DNA of 64,000 bases from an uncultured Clostridia bacterium (GTDB lineage Bacteria > Bacillota > Clostridia > Christensenellales > UBA1242). Under the pieces are notes generated by a model. The model was not told where the DNA came from. It did not search any database and worked only from the letters and a program-made list of their open reading frames with translations. The DNA is taken from assembly GCA_944350265.1 (NCBI GenBank), contig CALVOG010000005.1:2891-66890 (forward strand), given 5' to 3'. The position numbers and the translations under genes are program-made. Positions 57,163-64,000 of the stretch are shown in pieces (position 1 is the stretch's first letter; the number at the start of each line of letters is the position of its first letter).

Positions 57163-57944
57163 ATGAAAAAAATTTTAACTGGACTTGCTGGGCTTGCCGT
57201 TGTTGCAGTGGGCGGGCTGGCACTTGCTTCTTGCGGAGGCGGAAGTATTGTTAACACCGCGGGTAACTACAAAGAGCAGCCTATTATGAGGAGGTTGTGC
57301 CGGTAACCACAGACTACACTCCGTCGGCGGGCGGATACGAGTTTAGAATTGTCATCGATGCGTCGCTTAATGAGGATGTTGACATCACAGGCATTGGGCT
57401 TGAAGAAGGTACGGCAAGATTTAACTACTCTGGAACTATTGATAGCGCTGGCAATATCTACCTCACTGGAAGCGCGTTCTTTAAAGGAGGATTTCAGGGG
57501 CTGAAAATTTCTTATAACGCGAAGGGCAGTGTTTATTTTGACGGCACAACCAACACGGCTTATAGCAATGTGAACGGAGAAAAGATAAAATACAATGATG
57601 CTTCAGATTTGACATTCACATCAATTTTTACAAAATTTGCTGAAGCCATTGATTCGAATAGTGTTGTTAGCGCTTATTTTAACGACGCGGATGCAACCTA
57701 TAAAATGGCAACTAGCGATAGTTACGTTAAGTTAAATGTGTCTTTGGCAGACCCTGATGCTGAAGTGAAAAACGAAGGAAATGTGTATTTAATTTTGGAC
57801 GCTGACAAGAATTTCAAAGAATTTAGAATGGACGCCAATGTTCAAGGAATGAGCCAAATCATCGAATTTGTTGCAAGCGAAAAGACGGTTGAAATGCCAG
57901 AAGATTTGGAAAGTTACCAAGATTACGCTTCTATTGGTGGCTAA
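57163..57944 (+). pseudogene. lipoprotein gene interrupted by a frameshift (or sequencing error)
   Basis: Frame A reads MKKILTGLAGLAVVAVGGLALASCGGGS..., a signal peptide with lipobox LASC, and stops at 57304-57306. The only long continuation (57267/57297-57944) is in the -1 frame and has no start context of its own. Confidence 0.6.
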
Positions 57945-57982
57945 AATTTGCTGAAAATTATTAAAAATCGAAAAAAAAGTTT

Positions 57983-58013
57983 AGGAAGAAATTTTTATGT
58001 TTCTTCCTTTTTT
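57983..58013 (+). terminator. intrinsic terminator
   Basis: The stem AGGAAGAAA/TTTCTTCCT is followed by a T-run. Confidence 0.7.
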
Positions 58014-58043
58014 ATTGCGAATAAGCAAAATTAATGTAAAAGG

Positions 58044-58280
58044 TTCATATTTCATATATAACATAATCCATTTACAAAATACTTTTTTTTGATGGTAAGA
58101 ACAAAGTCTAAGGTCTTTCATATATAGCATAACCCGCTCATATAATACCATTTTGCCTTGCAAGAACAAAGTCTAAGGTCTTTCATATATAATAAAATTC
58201 GCTCCTATAATACTGGCTTGCCACAATGTTGTATTCCATATATGTCTTTCATATATAATAAAATTTTCTCATATAATACC
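58044..58280 (+). repeat. four direct copies of a promoter-like module upstream of yqfC
   Basis: The units are centred on (G)TCTTTCATATATA..14 nt..C(A/C)TATAATAC at 58118-58146, 58183-58211 and 58249-58277. A degenerate copy lies at about 58044-58082. The two middle copies share AAGAACAAAGTCTAAGGTCTTTCATATATA. Confidence 0.85.
58249..58277 (+). promoter_or_regulatory. sigma-E-type promoter, proximal copy, positioned for a leaderless yqfC mRNA
   Basis: TCATATA (58249-55), a 14-nt spacer and CATATAAT (58270-77) compare with the B. subtilis sigma-E consensus kmATAww-14-CATACAmT. The -10 box ends 7 nt before the ATG at 58285. No SD sequence is present. Confidence 0.5.
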
Positions 58281-58284
58281 TTGA

Positions 58285-58527
58285 ATGTTCAATTTTTTCG
58301 GCGAAATTAAAAAAGATTTGAAGGTGGATGAGTTTCATATCATCAATATTTCCAATCGCATTTTGTATGTTGAGGGGCATAGGGGAATAAAAACGCTCAC
58401 CAAATCGCTGGTGGTTTTTAGGGTGAAAAACGGCAGTGTTGAGGTGGAAGGCGAGGGCTTAAATTTGAGCGAACTCACCGAAAACACACTGAAAATCTCG
58501 GGCGAAATTAAGAGGATTAACCTTTGA
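58285..58527 (+). CDS. yqfC: sporulation protein YqfC (YabP/YqfC family)
   Basis: The 80-aa product has the pattern ...NRILYVEGHRGIKTL....VVFRVKNGSVEVEGEGLNLSELTENTLKISGEIKRI. It lies immediately upstream of yqfD with a 4-nt overlap. Confidence 0.75.
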   Translation: MFNFFGEIKKDLKVDEFHIINISNRILYVEGHRGIKTLTKSLVVFRVKNGSVEVEGEGLNLSELTENTLKISGEIKRINL

Positions 58528-59648
58528 AAAGATTGAAAAGTGGCGTTTTGTTTAAGATTAAAGGGCTTAACATCGAAAAAAACTTGAACATTCTTTCTAA
58601 GCAAGTAGAAATTTTCGACATTTTTCGACATTCTAAAAACCTCACATCCTTTAGGGTGGGCGCGACGAAGGCTAAAAGCGTGAGAAAATTTTTGCAAACA
58701 CATAACTATGAAATTTTAGAAGAGCGAAGGGTCGGTGGCGCCATTTTTTTAAGGGTGCTTAGTATAAATGTGCTTTTACCAGTTGTGTTTGGGGCGCTTT
58801 TAATTTTTTTGCAATCGCCATTCATTTTGCAGTATGAAATTTTGGGCGGAGAGAACATTTTGGAAAAGGAAGTTGTTGAATATATTAGAACCAATTTTCC
58901 AAAAAATAAATATAAGTTAAACACAAAAAAGGTGGAGGGTGCGCTTTACGACCACTTTGACGAGATAAGTTTTGTGTCGGTGATTGTGCGCGGACAAACC
59001 CTTGTTGTCAACATAAAAGAAAAACTCTTGCCTGAGGAAATTTATGGCGAGTTCGCGCCGATTGTGAGCGACTACGACGGAAAAATAACCGATTTTGAGT
59101 TGGTTTCGGGAACGATGGCGGTGAAAATCGGCGACTATGTGCGTGCGGGCGATGTTTTGGTTTATCCATTTTATATCGACGGTGGCGTTCGGCACAGGGT
59201 GCTTGCAAAAGCGCAAATCACAATGGAAATCTACCACACCGCAAGCGTTCAGCATCAAAACGAGCGAACCGAAAAAGTGCGAACGGGCAGGACGAGCGAA
59301 AGGTTGGTGGTGACGCTTTTTAACCTTCCAATTTACCGCAACGAGGCGAAGGAAACCTTTTCTCTTTATGAGGAGGAGGTGGAAATAAAACCGCTTATTT
59401 TAAACAATCTTCTTCCTCTTAAACTGGAAAGAACAACATATTTCGAACTCGAATTTGTTAAAATTAAAGAAACTTTTGCCGAGGCGGAAGAACGGCTAAA
59501 AAAAGAGGCGCGCGAAAAAGCGTTGAAAAATTTGACGAAGTGTGGTATAATAAAAGATGAATTCGTGCAATCGAGCGAAACCGACGGAGGTATGCTGGTT
59601 TCATACACTATTGTTGAAGAAATTGAGGTGGGTAGAGATGAAAATTGA
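58524..59648 (+). CDS. yqfD: sporulation protein YqfD
   Basis: The 374-aa product has a single central TM helix (VLLPVVFGALLIFL). Its position between yqfC and ybeY matches Bacillus and Clostridium. Confidence 0.7.
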   Translation: MKRLKSGVLFKIKGLNIEKNLNILSKQVEIFDIFRHSKNLTSFRVGATKAKSVRKFLQTHNYEILEERRVGGAIFLRVLSINVLLPVVFGALLIFLQSPFILQYEILGGENILEKEVVEYIRTNFPKNKYKLNTKKVEGALYDHFDEISFVSVIVRGQTLVVNIKEKLLPEEIYGEFAPIVSDYDGKITDFELVSGTMAVKIGDYVRAGDVLVYPFYIDGGVRHRVLAKAQITMEIYHTASVQHQNERTEKVRTGRTSERLVVTLFNLPIYRNEAKETFSLYEEEVEIKPLILNNLLPLKLERTTYFELEFVKIKETFAEAEERLKKEAREKALKNLTKCGIIKDEFVQSSETDGGMLVSYTIVEEIEVGRDEN

Positions 59649-60099
59649 CGGAAAAATCGGGCTATACAAAAGAAAAATCGGCAAAATTTTTAAGATTGCC
59701 GAGAAGGTTTTGGGCGAGGACTTTGAAAACGTCTATCTTTCGGTGAATTTCGTCAGTGATGAAAAAATTAGAGGGCTGAACAGAGAGTTTCGTAAGATTG
59801 ACAAGGTGACCGACGTGCTTTCTTTCCCAAATCTACAAAAAAAAGCGGAGGAAAGTTTGAAAAATTTTCAAAGTGACGCCGATTTTGACACTAATATGCT
59901 CTTTTTGGGCGATGTGGTTATCTCCAAAAATGTGGCAAAGACGCAAGCAAGGGAGTTTGGGCATTCAATGAAAAGAGAGGTTTGCTTTTTGGCGCTTCAC
60001 GGACTTTTGCACCTTTTGGGCTATGACCATATTGAAAAAGATGATGAAAAAATTATGAATAAATTGCAAGACGAAATCTTGCTCCGCGCGGGAGTTTAG
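59638..60099 (+). CDS. ybeY: rRNA maturation endoribonuclease YbeY
   Basis: It carries the zinc-binding motif HGLLHLLGYDH. The ATG at 59638 overlaps the yqfD stop by 11 nt, so the track start at 59557 is probably too early. Confidence 0.88.
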   Translation: MKIDGKIGLYKRKIGKIFKIAEKVLGEDFENVYLSVNFVSDEKIRGLNREFRKIDKVTDVLSFPNLQKKAEESLKNFQSDADFDTNMLFLGDVVISKNVAKTQAREFGHSMKREVCFLALHGLLHLLGYDHIEKDDEKIMNKLQDEILLRAGV

Positions 60100-60114
60100 T
60101 GAATTGCGCGATAT

Positions 60115-60179
60115 GACCAAGCGTGCTTGGATGTGTGAAGTGTTTTGGGTTTAGCCGAACCTACGACGAGATTCTTCAT
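60115..60179. repeat. module B joined to a truncated family-A core
   Basis: GACCAAGCGTGCTTGGATGTGTGAAGTGTTTTGGGTTTAGCCG is followed by AACCTACGACGAGATTCTTCAT. Compare 19374-19416 and 19490-19510. Confidence 0.8.
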
Positions 60180-60229
60180 AAATCAACTATTTATATTTTC
60201 GCAAAATTGGGTTGGCGCAAATTACCACT

Positions 60230-60535
60230 CTATTTTTTTAAAAAGGTTATGCAGTAAGGGTGGTTTTTTAGGTCGTTTAATGTTATGCCGTTTGCCTCGC
60301 ACACGCCGTTATCATTGAAAAGGCAGTTTGCTTGGCATTCAATTTTTATCGTTTTACTATCTCTTTGCGGGGCGTATCTTGGCGTGTTTGAAAACATTTT
60401 TTTGCTTTTATCCACCTCTTTATTGCCCTTAACGAAAGCCCTGCAAACGCACGCCTTACTCACATCAATTTTGCGGGCTTTACAGGTGTAGCGGTCATTA
60501 AACTCGCAACCAGTTTTTCTGCAACGAATATCCAT
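60230..60535 (-). CDS. DUF1540-type cysteine-rich small protein
   Basis: GGAGG lies upstream of the ATG. Two Cys-rich half-domains are present (CRKTGCEFNDRYTCKA..I and CQANCLFNDNGVCEANGI), as in DUF1540 proteins of spore formers. Confidence 0.6.
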   Translation of the reverse strand: MDIRCRKTGCEFNDRYTCKARKIDVSKACVCRAFVKGNKEVDKSKKMFSNTPRYAPQRDSKTIKIECQANCLFNDNGVCEANGITLNDLKNHPYCITFLKK

Positions 60536-60579
60536 TTTTCCTCCTTGCGCTTTTTAGACGATAATATTGTTGCCAAATG

Positions 60580-60609
60580 TTGACAAATCAAACTTAAATG
60601 CGATAAAAT
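60580..60609 (+). promoter_or_regulatory. sigma-A promoter for rplI
   Basis: TTGACA, an 18-nt spacer and TAAAAT are followed by AAGGAG and the ATG at 60628. Confidence 0.55.
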
Positions 60610-60627
60610 ATTCGAAAAGGAGAAAAG

Positions 60628-61077
60628 ATGAAAGTTGTTTTACTTAAAGATGTTAAAGGCACGGGAAAGAAGGGCGAAATAAAGGAGGTTGCCGACGGCT
60701 ATGCAAGCAATTATCTATTTAAAAACAATCTTGCAAAGCGCGCTGACAACTCGGCTCTTAACGAAAATATGGGGCAGAAGAGTGCGCAAAATTTTCATAA
60801 GCAAGAGGAGATTAAGTCTGCCAAAGCCCTTGCTGGCGAAATTGAGGGCAAGGTTGTTTCCCTCAAAATTAAGTGCGGAGCAAATGGCAAAATGTTTGGC
60901 TCGGTGACAAGTAAGGAAATTGCTGATGCGCTTAATGAAATCGGCATAACAATCGACAAAAAGAAAATCGAACTTAAAGAACCAATCAAAATGCTGGGCG
61001 TTTACAAGGTCACAGCAAAAATTTACCCGGAAATTTCCGCCACTTTTTCGGTGGATGTTCTTCCGCTTTTGGATTAA
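60628..61077 (+). CDS. rplI: 50S ribosomal protein L9
   Basis: The translation starts [36 protein letters not shown] and ends with a C-terminal globular domain. The product is 149 aa. Confidence 0.93.
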   Translation: MKVVLLKDVKGTGKKGEIKEVADGYASNYLFKNNLAKRADNSALNENMGQKSAQNFHKQEEIKSAKALAGEIEGKVVSLKIKCGANGKMFGSVTSKEIADALNEIGITIDKKKIELKEPIKMLGVYKVTAKIYPEISATFSVDVLPLLD

Positions 61078-61533
61078 AATTTTTGCAGTTTATTTTCACT
61101 TTGAAAATCTAATCAAAAACAATTTGTGCAAAGTTTACTTTGGGCGCTCTTTTTTAGTCAATTTATGGCATTTTGTGGAGGAAAAACTAAGAGGAGGCGA
61201 GTCGCGAGCGGGAAAAACGCGCAAAGGAAATTAACCTAACTTCTATGCGTGGAATATAGAAGAGTATGGACGAAAAAGAAAGCACGCTCCTTCTTGCCAC
61301 ATATCTTGCAATGGAACTTGCCTGCGGTAAGGATGATGACGAAATTCGATATATTAGAGATTTAATAAACCAAATTTCTTGCTCGCTTTCGAACCTATTG
61401 AATTGTAGGATGTTTCGAAAGTGATTTTTTGTGCTTAAAAGACCACGCGCGTATACTGCAATATTGCGTGCTGGTTGTTTTATTAAGTATTTGCTTTAAA
61501 AGTGGTGATTATTTTTTTTGCGTCATTTGACTA

Positions 61534-61563
61534 TTGACAGAATGTGCCTCATTATGATATACT
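61534..61563 (+). promoter_or_regulatory. sigma-A promoter
   Basis: TTGACA, an 18-nt spacer and TATACT are present. This promoter lies inside the 5' end of the track ORF 61544-62455, which argues for the downstream ATG at 61673. Confidence 0.5.
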
Positions 61564-61672
61564 CTTAATAGAAAATGTTGCGTTAATTGTGACTAATATT
61601 CTCTTACTTATCAAAATTTTTGCAATTTACCTCAATCTGCAACATTATTTTGGTCAAAAAAGTGAGGACTTG

Positions 61673-62455
61673 ATGAGGTTTACCAAAGGAAAAAATTTTA
61701 AAAATAAGCGCGAAGAGCAAAAATGCTTAGATATGGTTAAAAAAGATATCATTAATAAAAAGCGCGAAAAAGAGAAAAATAGAGTGGAAGATTTTTTGGA
61801 AATCGTTCTTCCTCTCATTAAAGAAAATTTGGAAAATATTAGAGAGGATGTTGAGGGCATACAAAGCGCGCTTGAAATGGCATCGTATTATACCAAAGAG
61901 CACAGTTCGAAAAACTATGCAAAGGTGCAAAAGTCGTTCGGCAAGGTTTTGTGCGCGATTGATGAATTTTTAAACGTCAACACTTCCAAAATTCAGTCAT
62001 ATGATGCACTTGCCGACAAGATTGTCTTTCCATTCATCGACATACACTCGGAGGTTGAAAGTTTCCTTTTTCTCAACCGTAGGGCGTTTTTAAATGAAAA
62101 TATTTATGGCGACACGGCTGATGATATGTATTATATCTGCGAAGAACTTGAAAAAATGGCAGGTGACTGGCTTTCGGTGAACTTTTTAACGATGACAAAC
62201 GACACTCGTTTTTCGTCAACCTATCAAACTCCATATTACGACGCCAAAGAACTCGACCTCAACGGGCTTAAAACCGACAAAAATGGCAATAAAATTTTGC
62301 CGAAAGGTTACATAACATACAGCGTCCACAAGGGAATTGTGCTTGTGAATGATGAAAATGACTACACACTGCTTGATAAGGAAGTGGTGTTAATTCAAAA
62401 AGACGAACTTTTATACGAGCAAAATATGAATAATTCCACCGAATTTAATAGGTAA
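61673..62455 (+). CDS. hypothetical protein
   Basis: The 260-aa product starts at the ATG at 61673, with GTGAGGA 5 nt upstream. No family was recognised. Confidence 0.45.
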   Translation: MRFTKGKNFKNKREEQKCLDMVKKDIINKKREKEKNRVEDFLEIVLPLIKENLENIREDVEGIQSALEMASYYTKEHSSKNYAKVQKSFGKVLCAIDEFLNVNTSKIQSYDALADKIVFPFIDIHSEVESFLFLNRRAFLNENIYGDTADDMYYICEELEKMAGDWLSVNFLTMTNDTRFSSTYQTPYYDAKELDLNGLKTDKNGNKILPKGYITYSVHKGIVLVNDENDYTLLDKEVVLIQKDELLYEQNMNNSTEFNR

Positions 62456-62486
62456 ATAAAGAAAAAACAAAGATAGTGAAAATTTG

Positions 62487-62515
62487 TTGACAATATTTTT
62501 AAATCGTGCTAAAAT
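62487..62515 (+). promoter_or_regulatory. sigma-A promoter for the T-box leader
   Basis: TTGACA, a 17-nt spacer and TAAAAT are present. Confidence 0.6.
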
Positions 62516-62520
62516 TTTAG

Positions 62521-62719
62521 CGTAAACGTTGAAGAAAGAGAGTATCTTCGTTTGTGACACACAGAGAGGCGCTGGCTGGTGAGAAGCGTCCGTAAGAGGA
62601 AGAGAAGAACACTTTTGGAGTTTAAAAATTTAATAAGAGTGGTCAAATTTTTTGACAAATTAGGTGGCACCGCGGAAGATTTTTCGTCCTAATGCAAGTT
62701 TTTTGCGTTAGGATTTTTT
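62521..62719 (+). promoter_or_regulatory. T-box riboswitch leader, specifier most likely AAC (Asn)
   Basis: Stem I has GA/K-turn-like GTTGAAG and the S-turn AGAGUA (62539-44) opposite GAAGAACA (62604-11). It also has the AG bulge CAGAGAG and the distal GGTGAGAAG. The T-box sequence AAATTAGGTGGCACCGCGG lies at 62657-75. The terminator TCCTAATGCAA/TTGCGTTAGGA plus T6 lies at 62687-62719. Confidence 0.8.
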
Positions 62720-62741
62720 GTTGGTGCAAAAAGGAGAGAGT

Positions 62742-64000
62742 ATGACAGAGCAAATTTCAAAATTAGTGCCAGGACGGGTGAGATTTCAGGGTATGGTCGA
62801 CACCGTCCGCGACAAAAAGAACATCCAATTCGTCATCCTTAAAGATTTTTCTGGGAAAATTCAGGTGACGGTCGATAAGGTTGCGCACGCCGATGTTGGC
62901 GAGGTTTTTTCACACCTTCTTGTTGGTTCAACGGTTATCGTGGAAGGGGAACTTGTGAAGAGCGAATACGTGAAAATGGGTGGGCAGGAAGTGCTTGCCG
63001 AAAGCGTTACCGTCACAAGCACGGCGGAGGTCTATCCAATCGGGCCAGAGAGCAATATCGACCAAAGGATTGACTACCGCTGGTTAGATTTGCGCCAAGA
63101 AAAAAATTTATTACTTTTTAAGGTTCAAACTCTTTTCACAAACGCAATGCGTGAGTTTTTGATTGAAAGAGATTTCATCGAAATTCACTCGCCAAAACTT
63201 ATCGGCACGGCGTCGGAATCGGGCGCGGAGGTGTTTAAGGTGAAGTATTTTGACACATACGCATACCTCGCGCAAAGCCCGCAGTTTTATAAGCAAATGG
63301 CAATGAGTGGCGGATTTGGGCGAATTTTTGAGTGCGGGCCTGTGTTTAGGGCGGAAAAATCGCATTCCAAAAAACACGCCACTGAGTTCACTGGTTTCGA
63401 CCTTGAATTTTCGAACATAGACTCGTTCGAGGATGTGATGAAACTTGAAGAAGAACTTTTGACGGACGCGCTTAAAAAAGTTAAGGAAAAATATGGCGAG
63501 GAAATTAAGAACACCTTTGGCGTGGAGGTTGTGGTGCCAAAAATGCCTTTCCCTCGCATCAAACTTTGCGACCTTTATGCCGAACTTGAAAAGAGGTATG
63601 GCTACACCTGTGCGGACGCTGAGAAGGACGATTTGACCACGGAAGCGGAAAGGCTTTGTGCGCAATTTTCGAAGGATGCATACAGCAGTGAGTTCTTGTT
63701 CGTCACCGACTATGGCGCAAGAAAGCGGGCGTTCTATCATATGCGCAAGGACGGCGTCCCACAAGGATATGACCTCATTTGGAAGGGCGTTGAGATAACA
63801 ACAGGCGCGCAAAGAGAACATAGGTATGACATTTTGAAAAAGCAAGCCGAAGAAAAGGGGCTTTCAAAAGATGTGGAATTCTATCTCCAATTTTTTAGGT
63901 ATGGTTGTCCTCCACACGGCGGTTTTGGGCTTGGGCTTGACCGCATAACAATGAATTTACTTGAACTATCGAATGTGAAAGAAGCGATGTTCATATTTAG
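62742..64000 (+). CDS. aspS: archaeal-type (class IIb, type 2) aspartyl-tRNA synthetase, 3' end outside the window
   Basis: AAGGAG lies upstream of the ATG. The translation has LAQSPQFYKQ, GPVFRAEKSHSKKHATEF, GVEITTGAQREHRYD and FRYGCPPHGGFGLGLDR, which closely resembles Pyrococcus-type AspRS. The ORF runs off the window and so is absent from the ORF track. Confidence 0.85.
   Translation, partial: MTEQISKLVPGRVRFQGMVDTVRDKKNIQFVILKDFSGKIQVTVDKVAHADVGEVFSHLLVGSTVIVEGELVKSEYVKMGGQEVLAESVTVTSTAEVYPIGPESNIDQRIDYRWLDLRQEKNLLLFKVQTLFTNAMREFLIERDFIEIHSPKLIGTASESGAEVFKVKYFDTYAYLAQSPQFYKQMAMSGGFGRIFECGPVFRAEKSHSKKHATEFTGFDLEFSNIDSFEDVMKLEEELLTDALKKVKEKYGEEIKNTFGVEVVVPKMPFPRIKLCDLYAELEKRYGYTCADAEKDDLTTEAERLCAQFSKDAYSSEFLFVTDYGARKRAFYHMRKDGVPQGYDLIWKGVEITTGAQREHRYDILKKQAEEKGLSKDVEFYLQFFRYGCPPHGGFGLGLDRITMNLLELSNVKEAMFIF

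Noticed and set aside
61266-61424. A 52-codon ORF (MDEKESTLLLATYLAMELACGKDDDEIRYIRDLINQ...) in the 465-bp gap after rplI.
   Set aside because: It has no clear RBS or promoter, no recognisable family, and is too short to support from sequence alone.
61544-61672. N-terminal extension of the 61544-62455 ORF. Similar early track starts are 16281 for sigE, 17750, 4626, 51141, 51760, 55733, 59557 and 11724.
   Set aside because: These upstream starts are non-ATG codons or lack an RBS. They contain the promoter or Shine-Dalgarno sequence that serves a downstream in-frame ATG. The downstream starts were used instead.
62556-62558. GAC (Asp) as the T-box specifier codon, which would fit an aspS gene.
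   Set aside because: It lies on the 5' strand of Stem I, between the S-turn AGUA and the AG bulge. Specifier codons sit on the 3' side, immediately before a purine and the basal helix, and that position holds AAC-A.

Overview
This 64-kb window appears to be chromosome from a low-GC, endospore-forming Firmicute, probably Clostridia-like. It carries spoIIGA-sigE, yqfC-yqfD, a DUF1540 gene and Spo0A-box motifs, and TAA, TAG and TGA all serve as stops. Positions 1 to about 8520 are visibly more AT-rich. They form the right arm of a siphovirus-type prophage: Dit-like tail protein, baseplate and tail-fibre genes, holin-type membrane proteins, then two overlapping large serine recombinases. The arm ends beside tRNA-Leu(CAA). 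The rest is core genome in a scrambled order: recJ-rel-hemZ | sigE-spoIIGA | DUF1858 gene + unknown | VirB3/VirB4-like ATPase + 3659-aa lipoprotein | rpoB-orf-rpoC | unknown + serS | ftsA-ftsZ | nrdR | feoAB | two small membrane proteins | der-plsY-YjbR-like | acidic membrane protein | frameshifted lipoprotein | yqfC-yqfD-ybeY | DUF1540 | rplI | unknown | T-box-aspS. One interspersed hairpin-core repeat family occupies many of the block boundaries. The most interesting observations are listed below.
1. An intact stand-alone VirB3-VirB4-like ATPase is tightly coupled to an 11-kb lipoprotein gene, with no other type IV secretion genes in view.
2. A GC-rich element folds into a perfect four-helix junction between serS and ftsA.
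3. Four consensus Spo0A boxes sit in a symmetric array between the giant gene and rpoB.
4. An intrinsic terminator lies inside the rpoB leader, and an unknown ORF lies between rpoB and rpoC.
5. An orphan NrdR-box promoter is stranded at the prophage junction.
6. A sigma-E-type promoter module is reiterated upstream of an apparently leaderless yqfC.
7. The long RSH enzyme has a degenerate hydrolase domain.
8. An Asn-type T-box controls an archaeal-type AspRS.
All calls come from reading the sequence and the ORF translations by eye. No database search or computation was run.
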